Assembly: GCA_951406725.2 (NCBI GenBank) | Contig: OX597819.1 | Location: 70,866,001-70,930,000 of the forward strand | Source: Octopus vulgaris | Taxonomy: Eukaryota | Direction: 5' to 3' | Length of the DNA stretch: 64,000 nt | Shown here: in pieces, positions 1 through 12,512 of the stretch | Position numbering within the stretch: the stretch's first letter is position 1 | How the letters are laid out: the number at the start of each line of letters is the position of its first letter | Made by a program: the position numbers and the translations under genes | The notes under the pieces: model-generated | What the model was told of the DNA's origin: nothing | Databases searched by the model: none | The model's input: the letters and a program-made list of their open reading frames with translations, nothing else

Positions 1-192
1 TTAGTTTTCGGTGGTTGAAACCTTTGATCATAAAAGATGTATGATACTTTTATATCGATAAAAAAAAAAAAAAGAAAAGAATGCGTGTTGAATTAAAATT
101 TTTAGGAATATAAGAATTTTTCAGAATTTTCAAGAATATTCTAGACAGTGTTGAGTATATATATATTATTTTATATATATATATATATATTA

Positions 193-379
193 CTCTTTTA
201 CTTGTTTCAGTCATTTGACTGTGGCCATGCTGGAGCACCGACTTTAGTCGAACAAATCGACTCTAGGACTTATTCTTTGTAAGCCTAGTACTGATTCTAT
301 GGTTCTCTTTTGCCGAACCGCTAAGTTATGGGGACGTAAACACACCAGTATCAGTTGTCAAGCGATGTTGGGTGGACAA

Positions 380-420
<41 letters not shown>

Positions 421-583
421 CACACATATATTCTTTCAGTTTCCGTCTACCAAATCCACTCACAAGGCTTTGGTCGGCCCGAGGCTATAGTAGAAGACAC
501 TTGCCCAAAGTTCCACTGCGTGGATCTGAACCCAAAACCATGTGGTTGGTAAGCAAGCTACTTACCACACAGCCACTCCTGTT
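193..583 (-). mobile_element. tRNA-headed SINE family A with internal (CA)/(TA) microsatellite, full-length copy
   Basis: Head TGGCTGTGTGGTAAG...GGTTCAG(T/A)CC resembles A/B boxes; tail ...CAGTCAAATGACTGAAACAAGTAAAAGA. More full or partial copies near 2208(+), 3343(-), 3740(-), 28560(-), 32005(-), 37680(-), 47715(+), 52150(+), 62135(-), 63790(+). Confidence 0.85.
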
Positions 584-960
584 TTAAGGAAGACGTGTTC
601 TTTGTCTGCTGTCCTAGCTTGATTCACGCGTTCGCCACCAGAACCACGTTTAGGCTTAGCAGCCCTTCCTGTTTGTTTTCACTGTCCTGTTTGTGTTACT
701 TATTTTGACTCTCCGCAAAATCCCAAATTTTATTTAATTTGCTTTGCAGGAGCAACTGTTTTATCGAAAGGGTGTATTGTTGCCAAATGCCCGCATTACG
801 AGACTAGAAAAACAGCCAACAGCTGATGTAGGGACGTTCTTTATGTTGTTCGTTTTATTTTCCATTTGTGTCTTTCGGTGTTCGAAAGAATAACTCATGT
901 TCCATGTACTCATGCTTCGTACGTTTTCGTTGTACACGTTTCATAACGTCCTGTGGCCAC

Positions 961-1026
<66 letters not shown>

Positions 1027-1192
1027 GTATAGATGTAAGTATATATATATATATATTATTCATATTATTATATGTTTGAACGTCACGCATCCTCTTCCAA
1101 GTAAAGATTTCAGACCAAGGTTCCTAAAATAAGAACAATAATAGAGCTAATGTGAAGAACAAATGTATTGTACGCGTGTTTATTTGGCAAAA

Positions 1193-1198
1193 ATAATG

Positions 1199-1265
<67 letters not shown>
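1193..1265. repeat. (AAT)n microsatellite, representative of many simple repeats, e.g. (TA)n at 961-1025, 30711-30751, 31149-31570, 44975-45018
   Basis: Read directly. Confidence 0.95.
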
Positions 1266-1266
<1 letters not shown>

Positions 1267-2414
1267 TATTCCGAAATATAGCAATGTGTGTGTGTGTGTG
1301 TGTGTTTGAGGGGTTTGAATGAACAACTAAATCATCTCCTCTTAACACATTAAGGAATTATTACCCGGTATGGGGCGAATCACTTATTTCTTAATTGAGC
1401 CATTTCATGACAGAAACCGCAGACAGACAAGAAACTATATCGATATTTTTGTAAAACTTGTGTGGATTATTTCGTTGATTGTCAACTGCGGTCATTTAGC
1501 AAACAGTTCTTTACGATTTCCTTTTGTTTTTCTTGTTTTCACTTTGCATAAGAATCAATATGATGGCCGCTGCTTAAGGAAACTTCGATGAAAACTAGTC
1601 TGATTCAGAAAACTAAAACAAAACAAGACAATTGCAAAACCTTGTTCACAACAGGCAAGCAAATAGCAGAATCTGTTGGCTTAGGGTTTAGAATAACAAA
1701 AACTGTGTGCATCACATTTCCCATCAATCCGTCTTGTACGACGTGATGTCAGACATGATCGGGCAAGACTTGGACCAACACTCGTTAAAACCATGAAAAT
1801 ACGTCAAATACAACAATTTCCGGACACTAATGATGTAAAACCTCTAACAATTTGTATAAATGTACAGATACCTGTATTTCATATAATTATTTAAGTAAAT
1901 TTTGCATTAGCGCAAAGCAGTATTTAGGTATAATCACAATTTAGGTTAGTTGAAATATGTTTGTCACAAATTTCAAATGCTAAAGGCAAATACACTGCAC
2001 TTACCGTAGAGAAAAAATCTCTCTGCTGGTAGAAGGTGTGAAAACACCAGCTCGTTCAGTGTCGCCATCTATTAGGAATCTCAGACATGCTTCGAGTTTT
2101 TTTGATTCTTGTCAATGACATATCAATGCGATTTGATATTTGTTTGGTTTAGAGGGCCTTGACCAAAGTGACAACACTTGGTTCGGAAGAATTAGTAATC
2201 AGTAATAGGCACAGGCGTGATTGTATGATAAGAAGCTAGCTTCCCAACCATATGGTTCCGGGTTCAGTCCTACAGCGTGGCATCTTGGGCAAGTGTCTTC
2301 TATTATAACCCTGTGCCGACCAAAGTGAATGAATTTGGTAGATGGAAACCGAAAGAAGCTCGTCTTTTATAAGTGTGTATGTTTGCGTGTGTATGCGTGT
2401 GCGTGTGTTCGTGT

Positions 2415-2670
2415 CTGTAACGGCAGACAAAATACCTATTTCTTTACTACCCACAAGGGGCTGGACACAGAGAGGACAAACATGGACAGACAAACGGATT
2501 AAGTCGATTATATCGACCCCAGTGCGTAACTGGTACTTAATTTATCGATCCCGAAAGGATGAAAGGCAAAGTCGACCTCGGCGGAATTTGAACTCAGAAC
2601 GTAACGGCAGACGAAATATGGCTACGCATTTCGCCCGGCGTGCTAACGTTTCCGCCAGCTCGCCGCCTTA
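2415..2670 (-). mobile_element. SINE family B (head GGCGGCGAGCTGGC...GAGTTCAAATTCC; core GTCGACTTTGCCTTTCATCCTTTCGGG)
   Basis: Similar copies near 10795(-), 11590(-), 12615(+), 15540(-), 27660(+), 51580(+), 53575(-), 54468(+). Often inserted next to (TTA)n. Confidence 0.85.
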
Positions 2671-2777
2671 GAGAACACGTACATTGATAAAGTAATTTGC
2701 CAAAATGAAATGAAAATGCGTCAAGAGAAATAACTTACAGTAGCTGGTATTTTGAATCATTTAGACGGATAGGGGTA

Positions 2778-2975
2778 TACGAGGTCTGATCAAAGGGTAT
2801 CGGGTTGATGCAATAAAACGGAAACTACAGCACATATCAATTTGGCATTTAATTTCCTTTGAAGTAGTCCCCTTCTGAAACTCCTTTTTTTGGGGAAAGC
2901 GAGTGAGCTGCCTCGTTGCATCCTCGGGGATTTCTTCGACGTCTTGGAATCTTGTTCTTTTCAAGTAAGATTTGT
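2778..2975 (-). mobile_element. Mariner transposon 3' relic with TIR
   Basis: Translation KRTRFQDVEEI...ATRQL, plus GDYFKG in an adjacent frame, fits a mariner transposase C-terminus. Terminus TA-CGAGGTCTGATCAAA. Confidence 0.8.
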
Positions 2976-4449
2976 TTCAAGCCTTGGTTTCGGAGTCGTC
3001 GCCATGGACTCATGATGGCAAGACTTCCTTTTGTACCCTCCACCAAAAAACCCCGCTTATTTATTTATTTCTCTCATTCTTTCTTCTGTTGGCCTGCTTG
3101 CTTAGCCAGCGAGGTGGCATCATTTGAAGGCTAAAACAATGCGAAGCGCATTGTGACCAGCGATGTGTAGCAACATCTGATAGCCTGGTCGGTCAATGTA
3201 TATATATATATATATGTATATATAAGTATATGTATGTATGGCATTATTCAGTTTCTTTCAAGATTTCTTGCCAAGAGAGAAACAACCGGTTTCTAACCTA
3301 AATCCAAATGTATGTATAATGTATGTATTCTTTTATATTTTCTTTTACTTGTTTCAGTCATTTGACTGCGGCCACGCTGGTGAACCGCCTTTAATCGGAC
3401 AAATCGACCCCAGGACTTATTCTATCGGTTTCTTTTTACCGAACCGCTAAGTTATGGGGACGTAAGCACACACCAACATCGGTTGTCAAGCGATGGTGGT
3501 AGTGGTGGGGGGGACAAACACAAACACTCAAATATATACATATATACGACGGGCTTCTTTCAGTTCTTTCTACCAAATCCACTCACAAGACTGGTCAGCC
3601 CCGGGGCTATACTAGAAGACATCTACCCAAGGTGCCGAGCAGCGGGACTGAACCTGGAATCATGTGGTTGGTAAGCAAGCTTCTTACCACATAGCCATGC
3701 CTGCGACTATGTATGTATCCTTTCTTTCATCTTTTCCCTGTTTTACTCATTAGGATGTGACCATGCTAGGGCACTGTCTTGAAGGATTTTAGTCCTATGA
3801 ATCGAGCCCAATATTTATTTTTTGTTAAAGCCTGTTACTTATCCTACCGTTCTCTTTTTTCCGAAACGCTAAGTTACGGGACGTAAACACACTAACTCCG
3901 GTTGTCAAGCGGTGGTGGGGCACAAACACAGACACAAACACACACACATACACACGCACACATACGCACGCACGCACACACACACACATATTTACGACGA
4001 GCTTCTTTCAGTTTCCGTCTAGTAAATCCGCTTACAAAGTTTTGACCGGCCCGAGGCTGTAGTAGAAGACACATGCCCTAGGTGCCACGTAGTGGGACTG
4101 AACCCGGAACCGTGTGGTTGTGAAACGTCTTACCGCACAGCCACGCCTGCGCCTACACACACACATCAAGAGGTGCATATTCATGTGTGTACGCGCGCGC
4201 AGGTGTGTCTATGTGCGCGCGTGTATGTATGTGTGTGTTTATACTGAGCTTCTTTATATCCCTCAATCTAGCGATTCGACAAATAGTATCGTCAAAGTAC
4301 CAGATCGAAATGAATACTGCAGTCGGTCTGGATGCGGTGCTCAGCGTTGCTACATTTCAATGATCGACACCATTAAACAGGAAACTAATGAAAAGAGTGA
4401 ATAAATGAATAAATATATAGACGCACTCTGTTATGTCTGCATTTAACAA

Positions 4450-4780
4450 TGGTTTCTGCAGTGTTAAACGAACTGGAGATAAATTTCCATTTGAGCAGAT
4501 CGCTTGTTCAATGCAGGTAATTTTCTTAGAATAGCCAGGTATCTGTTCTCTCGAGCCAGCGCTTCTATATATTCTGCAGATAGACACACACCAGAACACC
4601 TGGATTTAAACTCTTCATACTCAAAAATATCTTATCGATTCAGCCTTTTCGTTCTGACGACTGTCCTCCCCCCATACCCTCAGGCTGTGTCTCGTAGTAT
4701 TTTCTGTTGTAAGAGTCAACACTAAAAGGCTTCGTTTCCATGCAGTGTATCCAAGGCAAGCCAGACGTCTCTAAGGGAGG
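4450..4780 (-). mobile_element. Possible ancient RTE-like LINE relic
   Basis: Fragments TLHGNEA, DSYNRKY, LRVWGEDSRQNE and IEALARENRY loosely follow RTE ORF2 C-terminal motifs. Confidence 0.3.
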
Positions 4781-6239
4781 CGGCGTGGAACTTAGTATAC
4801 AAGCTGACGAAACATACGTCTCTTTTGCAGTTAGGTAGATTGGGCCATAGAAAGTTATGTGCTTTGGCTGCCGACGCACAGAGATGTTACTGACTCAAGT
4901 CTTCGATAAATATCTCCAACTGATCACCCTTAACAACCTTTCTTACAGAATATGGTTTATCAAATATCTATACTGAATAACAATTTGTACTTATTTTACT
5001 TGACTGTCATCAAATTACGCCGACAACATTTTTTTACTCAGCATTCATTTATGAGCGCAAGGCTACACAATAAAATAAAAGTGGAAATGAGATTACAGGA
5101 CATTCATGCTTTTCTCAGCTACATTTGTAACTGCTTATGATCGAAACTACATGGACACAGTTCACCAGGAAAAAAAAAAGTTATAGAAACTACTCGTCGG
5201 GTAGTGTTATTAAATAGCTATGTATATTTTATTGCATACGCATTAAAATTTTATTAAAATACCGAGGTCTGTGAATTGCTTCTGTTAATCAGCGCTACTT
5301 TAATTAGATTGACATATTTTAGTAGCAGACAGGAAATAAACGCTGTTTATGCTACACTATTTCACTTTGGCGGTTGTCTTTATTGTTCTATAAGATCTCG
5401 AATAAGTCATATCTTGCATACAGTGATATCTCTTGAATCGTTTCAAGTGACGATTAAATTTTGATAGGTGATTAATAATGATTTAATATCGAACTTAATT
5501 ATTGCTTTTAACAACGGCACAATGTCTGAAATTCGGTGGGGAAAGAGTTAATCGATTGGCTCGTATTTCATTTAAGCGACCCTCGAAAGGATGAAAGCTA
5601 AAGTTGACCCCGGCAATATTTGAAATAAAAACACTTATTCTTTTAAAATGAAATTTTCGTATGTCAACTTGGAGCGCCTTTCAAAATGAATAAGAGAGAA
5701 CTTCAAAAATTAGAGCATGTATTGTGATGATCGGTATGAAATAAACTTGTAGTAAGGTCAGGCAGTCACAGGCAACAGCTGGTCTTGAATTGAACTAAAG
5801 CTCCTGAGAATATATAATAAACATAATTGTCCAAATATTTTTGAAAAGATTAGTCACCACATATCGCGTACACTTTCCCTATTGGCTTATAAAAATAGAG
5901 CGCGGCAATCAAAATAAAAAAGAAAAAATTTCAAATCCCTTCATAGAGAGAAAGGAAAGCTAGAATTAGGGGTAACGTAACAGCCTTCAGCTAAATACAA
6001 CTCTTTTTAAAAGGGCTCCCTTCCAGACATGTGGTCGTTGCTTTAAATGCTTAGCGCATTAATACTACGACTGCGAAATATATAGTCCTCTGTATTTCGA
6101 TGACAAATTGACAAAAAAATAAGCGTCAAACGGTATAAGAAATATATGTTTAACCTATCTAACGATTTTTTTGTAATTCTCAGTAAAATAAACTTGATGT
6201 TATATTCGATTTTGTATGATGTGAAGTGTGATAGCTAGT

Positions 6240-6500
6240 TTGCGCGCACAAAGAGAGAGAAAGAAAGAAAAAGAGTAAGAGAGAGTGATGTAGAGGAAGA
6301 AATAGTAAGAGAGAAATAGTGAGGTAGATAGAAAGATAAAGAGAGAGAGAGGGGGACTGTAAGAAGAGAAAGAGAGCCCGCGACTCAGAAGTTGTATGTA
6401 GAGCTGTGGTGTTGTTGTGTTAGGCGCATATTTGGAATCTAGCTGTGCACTTTATCCTGTTCTTTCTAAGGAATATATTTAAGCTTGCAATCACGTAAGT
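6240..6500 (+). promoter_or_regulatory. Possible lgl promoter or untranslated first exon
   Basis: Non-repeat sequence with CpGs retained (TGCGCGCAC, CCCGCGAC), a GA-rich tract and a GTAAGT donor at 6495. A candidate acceptor TCCAG ends at 7770, 75 nt before the ATG. Inference only. Confidence 0.3.
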
Positions 6501-7845
6501 TACAACTAATTAAACTTGATTTGATTTAGGAATTTTATTGTTATCATGAAATCATCGTTTAATGATGAATGTTAAATATATACACCGAGGGTTACTACAT
6601 TCTTCTCTGTCTCTACTATGTATTAGCCGAATTTTCAATATTATTATCTGTGTATCTCTTCCTGTCTCTAGCTATCTTTCACATTTTGCTTCTGTGTTTA
6701 CACATCTGCTCTATTATTTTTAAAAATCGGTATTTTTCGCTTGTTCCTGACAAATGAGATTTTCTTAAAACGGTTGATCATATCGATGGAGTAGATGTTT
6801 GACTTTCCAATGTTAATTTAAAAAGACAAAAACCTCAATAACTAAGAAACCATATACACACAACGCATACTCAAATATTTTAAACTCTTTCCTCTGGAGG
6901 ACACACATGTACAAAGTTCGCTAGATCGCCCGAATATTTCAAATAGACAGCTATGATTAATTATTATTTCACAGTTTTATATTTTCTTTTGTCAAAAAAC
7001 CTGTCTATCATTAATATATAGAGATGTAGTTGGGCCGCCTTAGGGTAGTTTTCATGTTCTCTTTTCTCTCATACTGTCCTCTTTAATCTTTCCCTGCTTA
7101 ATCTCCCTTCTCTATTTCTTTAACTCTCTACTTTCCGTCCTCCAACTCCTACTTGTATCTCTCTCATTTACTCTGCCTTTATTACTTCCCGGCTTCCTCA
7201 ACGGTAGCCGACAGTTTCTACTACAGCCGTGGCCATATTTACATTTCTTACCTTACTTTACTAAAGAGTTCTCTTACCCCCTCTCTTTCATTCTATCACC
7301 CTTTCTCATCGCTTACCTCCACTTATTCGTTCTCTCACCCTTTCTCATCGCTCACCCCTCTTATTCATTTTCTCACTCTTTCTCATCACTCACCCCTCAT
7401 ATTCATTCTTTCACCCTTTCTCATTGCTCTCCCTCTTTCTCACACTATTTTATTGACTTACTTTCACTCTCTCTGCCTCTCATCTATTTCTATCTACTGC
7501 TCTCCCACTCTTTCCGTTCATTCACTTTCCATCTCTCACTCTTCGCCTTCAATTACACTCTCTCACTCGTCCTTTTCATTCACTTACTCTCTCATTATAT
7601 TTCTCCTCCCCCTTTCTTCTTTCTCTCCTCTTACTCTATCTACTGTCATTGCTACCACCTTTATCACTATTACTACTTCTACCACCACCACAATTACCTA
7701 ACTACCAACCTACCTCTCTATCTATTTTTTAAAAAAATATTTTACCCAATTTATATCTCTACATATCCAGGTCTGCACCTTTAACACAAACAAAACAGTT
7801 TCTTTTTTTGTCGCCGTCTGCCACTGGTGTCACACCACACACACA

Positions 7846-7929
7846 ATGTTGAAATTTCTGAAGAAAAACCATTCGAAGGATAGTGAAGAACGAGAGCGAT
7901 TGAAAAAGGAACTGTTCGGATTTACGCGG
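7846..7929 (+). CDS. lgl: Lethal(2) giant larvae homolog, first coding exon (MLKFLKKNHSKDSEERERLKKELFGFTR)
   Basis: ATG at 7846, 28 codons, then phase-0 donor GTAAGA at 7930. Resembles Lgl N-termini as recalled (fly MLKFIRGK...RLQKDLFAYRK; human LLGL1 ...REKLKQELFAFNK) and joins in frame to the exon at 59927. Confidence 0.9.
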
Positions 7930-8418
7930 GTAAGAAATTTTGTTATTGTTATTAATGTTTTGTCTTTCTCGCTCTCCCTTGTTGGTCCTCAACTTGGAAT
8001 TTTGCAGAGGCTATCTGGTTATAATTGTATGTCTAGTTGTCGATGTACATACATACATATATATATAATATGCAGATATATTACTGTGCATATATTCATA
8101 ACATAATACTTACATACATGCCTTACTATGTGTATATCCACATTTTTGTGTATGCATATATTCATATTATTACGTGTGTATATTTACATATCACTTTGTA
8201 TGTATATATATATATATATATATATATGTTTGTATGTCTGCATAAATATCAAAGTTTGTATGCACACAAATCAGTGTTTGTATGTGTATGTATAATTATG
8301 CATACACGTCAATATGTTGTGTATATGCACCACATCAATACGCATGATATATATATACACATCGATACGTATAATTATTCACATCACATCAGTCTGCGTA
8401 TGTGTGTGTGTATGTATG

Positions 8419-8449
<31 letters not shown>

Positions 8450-11400
8450 CAATATGTGTGTAAAGGCAAATGTACTGTATTTAGATGTGTGGTTATATAT
8501 ATATTTATATGTATGTATATATGTATGTAAACTGTGTGTATAGGTTGTCGTTTTCGTTGTTGGTCGGTGGAGGCCATCTTGAAGTAGTTGTCTGGATGAG
8601 TCAGAGAACAAGCCTTTTCTTCCTTTCACTTAGGTAGGTAGGTGTATATATACACACACACACATAGGTATGTATGTGTGTAGAATAGGTTATTAGTAAG
8701 TTAGAAGGGACATAGCATTTACTTCCCACTCTCTGATTTACTTGTTAATTACTTTTATGTCGAATATATTTCATATGTGTGTGTATAATCTATACATATA
8801 TTTATATATTTATTTATTGACACACCTTAGTCTTTCATTAAGAAATCTTGTCAATCACTAAAAACTAATCCGGTAATAATAGTAAAAGTGAAAAAAATAT
8901 TTCTTGCAAAATTGTTCCCGTCACTCGGGGAAAAAAAACTTTTTTTATACTAAGTTTGATTAAGCTATTTTGAGGCAATTAATTATTTTTTTTTAAATAG
9001 GTTTCACTATGAGGATGTTAAAATATAAAAGGCAATAGTTTAAGCACCTGTCTCTGTCTTTCATTGTAAGGTGATGCGTGTCGGAAAAGCCTGATGCGAT
9101 ATTAGTAATTGCAAATAAATAAAACTTGGAGAGAAAAAAAGAAATACTGTCAACGTATAATCGAGGGTGTGTGGACTCGGTATAGATCTGGAAAAGCTCA
9201 TGAGGACCTTAATACACAACTATGTAGAGTATACATTAGTACGATAACTAGAGAACCCGTCCGCTTCACGGGTCTTATATATATACGTATCCATTTAATG
9301 TTGACTGTGGAAAGAAAGAAAACACTCGATACTGTATTAGAGATTAATATTTTAGTTTGTCTCTTGTCGTAACTTGCCCCGGAGACTGTGTCACCCGTAA
9401 GCCAAAATTCAGAGTAACAAGACACTGATACGAGCAAAATAGTATTTATAATCTCCATTTTCCCTGTGTTTTTTTGCAGATCCCTTGCTTGGTGTTTCGG
9501 GGTCCTCAAGCGCCTGGAGACTTCTTTCTCTGTCCCTTTAAACTTGTAGTAATTTGTCTGTTTTCACTTGCTACCTGTTGGTTGGGTTTCGTGCCTTGGT
9601 CTATACCGGCTGCTGCTAGTTGTAGTACATTGCAGTCCTCTTACTTCTCCCCCCTCCTTCCAGCTACTGTCAAAACAGAAATTAATACTCCGCCACCGCC
9701 GCCATCACCTATACTACTCGTATATCAGCAACCAGTTTGTTACATGAATGGAAAATTGTGTTCGTGCGTGTGTTTATGTATATGTGTGTGTATATTTTCA
9801 CTCCTATGCGAGCCAGTGAGGAAGACACTGCTACACGGTTGCGCGAACTGCTAGAAATAGCAGTCAGATCTCATTCTGATCACATCCAACGATCATCAAT
9901 GATACATTGAACATTGTTGATGATCCTTGCTCTACAAAAAAGCAAAAAACAAAAAAAAAACATGTTAGTCACGGTTAGGAAACCTTTGATATTAGGTTTT
10001 AAGATTGTAAACCAGTCTAGGAGAGTCTCTTGTTGTCGTTGACCTTGCTAGAAGTAGCAGCTAGATTTCTTTCCAATTGCACTCCATTGAAGAGCACATT
10101 CGATATATTTAGTTGCAAAGGTTGAAAAAAGAAAAAAATGCAGTGGTCACGACTGGAATTCTTTTGATCATGAGTCTGTTCTGTGAGGATTGATCTGCTG
10201 TCAAACTCCTTTAGATTATAATAAATATTATTATGATTGTCATCTTTTGTGTTCGATAATTATCAAAATAACTTAAGGCGCAGGCGTGGCTGTGTGGGTA
10301 AGACGCTGGCTTTCCTAATCATGTGGTCGACCTCGGCGGAATTTGAACTCAGAACGTAAAAAAAATAATGACCATCCAATACTCAGCTATAACGCCTCTA
10401 TGCAGTCGCTTGAGCGGGTAGAAATAGCAGCCAAATCTTCTTCAAATCCGACCTGGTTGTCTTACATGCGGAAGGGCATTGGTTTACGAAGTTCTTGGAA
10501 AAAGACTGGATGGTCACAGCTTCGGCGCTAGACTACACTTTTGACTGATATAATCGTTGTTTAAGGCTTGAGTCTGGAAAGAAAAGTTAAAAAAGTAATA
10601 GACATGTTGTTTAACCCCAGGCCAACACCTATCAAGCAGATATTTGATCAGACGTTCCAGATGTGACAACTCCGTCTTTTCAAATTACATTGTCTGGTGT
10701 GTCATTTTATTTTCATACCGAGCGACCCCTTCCCTTCCACCATTCAGTAGACCTCAGATTTATTACAGTAGTACTATCGAAATGGTGATGATAATGTTTT
10801 CATATTTTGTCCCAAGGACAGCAGTTTTGTGGGCGGATGCCAGTTGATTGTATCGACCCCAGTGCGTAACTGGCACTTAATTTATAGACACCCCGAAAAG
10901 ATGAAAGCTAAAGTCGACCTCGGCGGAATTTGAACTCAGAACGTAAATACGGACGAAACGCCGATAAGCATTTTGTCCGGCGTGCTACCGATTCAGCCAG
11001 CACGACACCTTTTGAAATAATGAAAAAATATTGTAAGGAATTTAGGTCGGTGCCTAACCGTTTCTTCTGTCTGTCTCTTCCAAAGTTATGGTGTAAAACG
11101 AAATTTCTATAACTAGTAATAATAGAATCCAAGGCTCTGACCTTTCAGTTTAGTCTTTCTTTCCGATAATTTTGTGTCAATATTTCCAGAATGATCTGTC
11201 GTTTTTATGTGATGGTGGTGAATTCCGTTCTGTTCCCTACCACCCACTTTTATAGATTGTGCTAATTATCAGAGAATCATTATTTTTGTCGTTGGTTCAA
11301 TGAAGTGGGTTTTCTGCAAACCGCAACACTGAAGCAGTAACGATTTTTTCGATCTCCAACTTTTGTTTCATTCATGTCAGTGTTTATATATGAGGAAAAA

Positions 11401-12289
11401 AAAGTAAAACTATTATCATTATCATCATAGTTTCGATCTTCCTCTTTTATGTTCCTGGAGGGTCAATAAAATTAAAGTGCCAGTCAAGATCTGGGCTTGA
11501 TGCTCACCGACTCGGGACCACCCTTGGTTTTTTTCCGATACAAACTTCTTTTTGAAAGTGATCGAAAATAAAACCTTCAATTGAAATTTCCAATTTCCCA
11601 AGCGGTACAAGTCTAGCAATTTTAAGGGAGGAGTATGTCAATTACATGGACTCCAGTGCACAACTGGTTCTTATTTGATCGACCCCTCCCCCGCCGCCTC
11701 CTGAAGGGTTGAAAGACAAAGGCGAGCTCGGCGGAAACTGAACTCAGAACGTCAAGAGGGACGAAATGCCGGTAAGCATTTTGTTCGGTGTTGCTAACGA
11801 TGCTATACCAGCTCGTCGCCTTGCGCCTGTTTGATAAAAGTTATTTTACTAAATTCTTTGTTTCCAAAATTAATTGAAACGAAGACAGTGATTTCCATAG
11901 GACATCAAAAAAGGTCAACGTTAATGGGTGTGGATGGTAGTGGACGGAGCACCGGTCATAGTACTTTGTTGTATTTTAATTACGCTGCTTTACGTTCTGA
12001 GTTCAAATCGTAGCGAGGTCGACTTAGCTCTTTATCGTTCTGCGGTCGTTTATTTAAATCATTTATGACTCATTAAAAAAGCATGGTGAATGTCATAGCC
12101 TCTCGTTGCTTTTTCCTTTTATTGCTCGGTTCAAACCCTTTAGTTTGACTATCTGTTCTGAGTTTCCTGGGCCATGTTAGAGTTGGGCGTATGTTTTCCA
12201 GTTTTTTCCGTGCCGTCTCGTTATTTACAGCGATTTGAATATTAAACGGTGTTTTTGTTGAAGCAAGTTTTACATTGGTTACCTCTGAT

Positions 12290-12310
12290 ATATATGTGTG
12301 TGTGTGTACA

Positions 12311-12341
<31 letters not shown>

Positions 12342-12361
12342 GTGTGTGTACATATATATAC

Positions 12362-12397
<36 letters not shown>

Positions 12398-12512
12398 ACA
12401 TATATATACATATATATATATATGTGTGTGTGTGTGTACATATATATACATATATATATATATGTCTGTGTGTGTATATATGTACATTATGTGTGTGTGT
12501 GTGTGTGTGTGT
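12290..12512. repeat. Higher-order compound microsatellite, (TG)n-TACATATATATACA-(TA)n, about 4 units
   Basis: Read directly; it produces several spurious ORFs. Confidence 0.9.

Noticed and set aside
7153-7701. 182-aa Ser/Leu/Phe-rich ORF
   Set aside because: Translation of a pyrimidine-rich low-complexity tract with a non-ATG start and no domain features.
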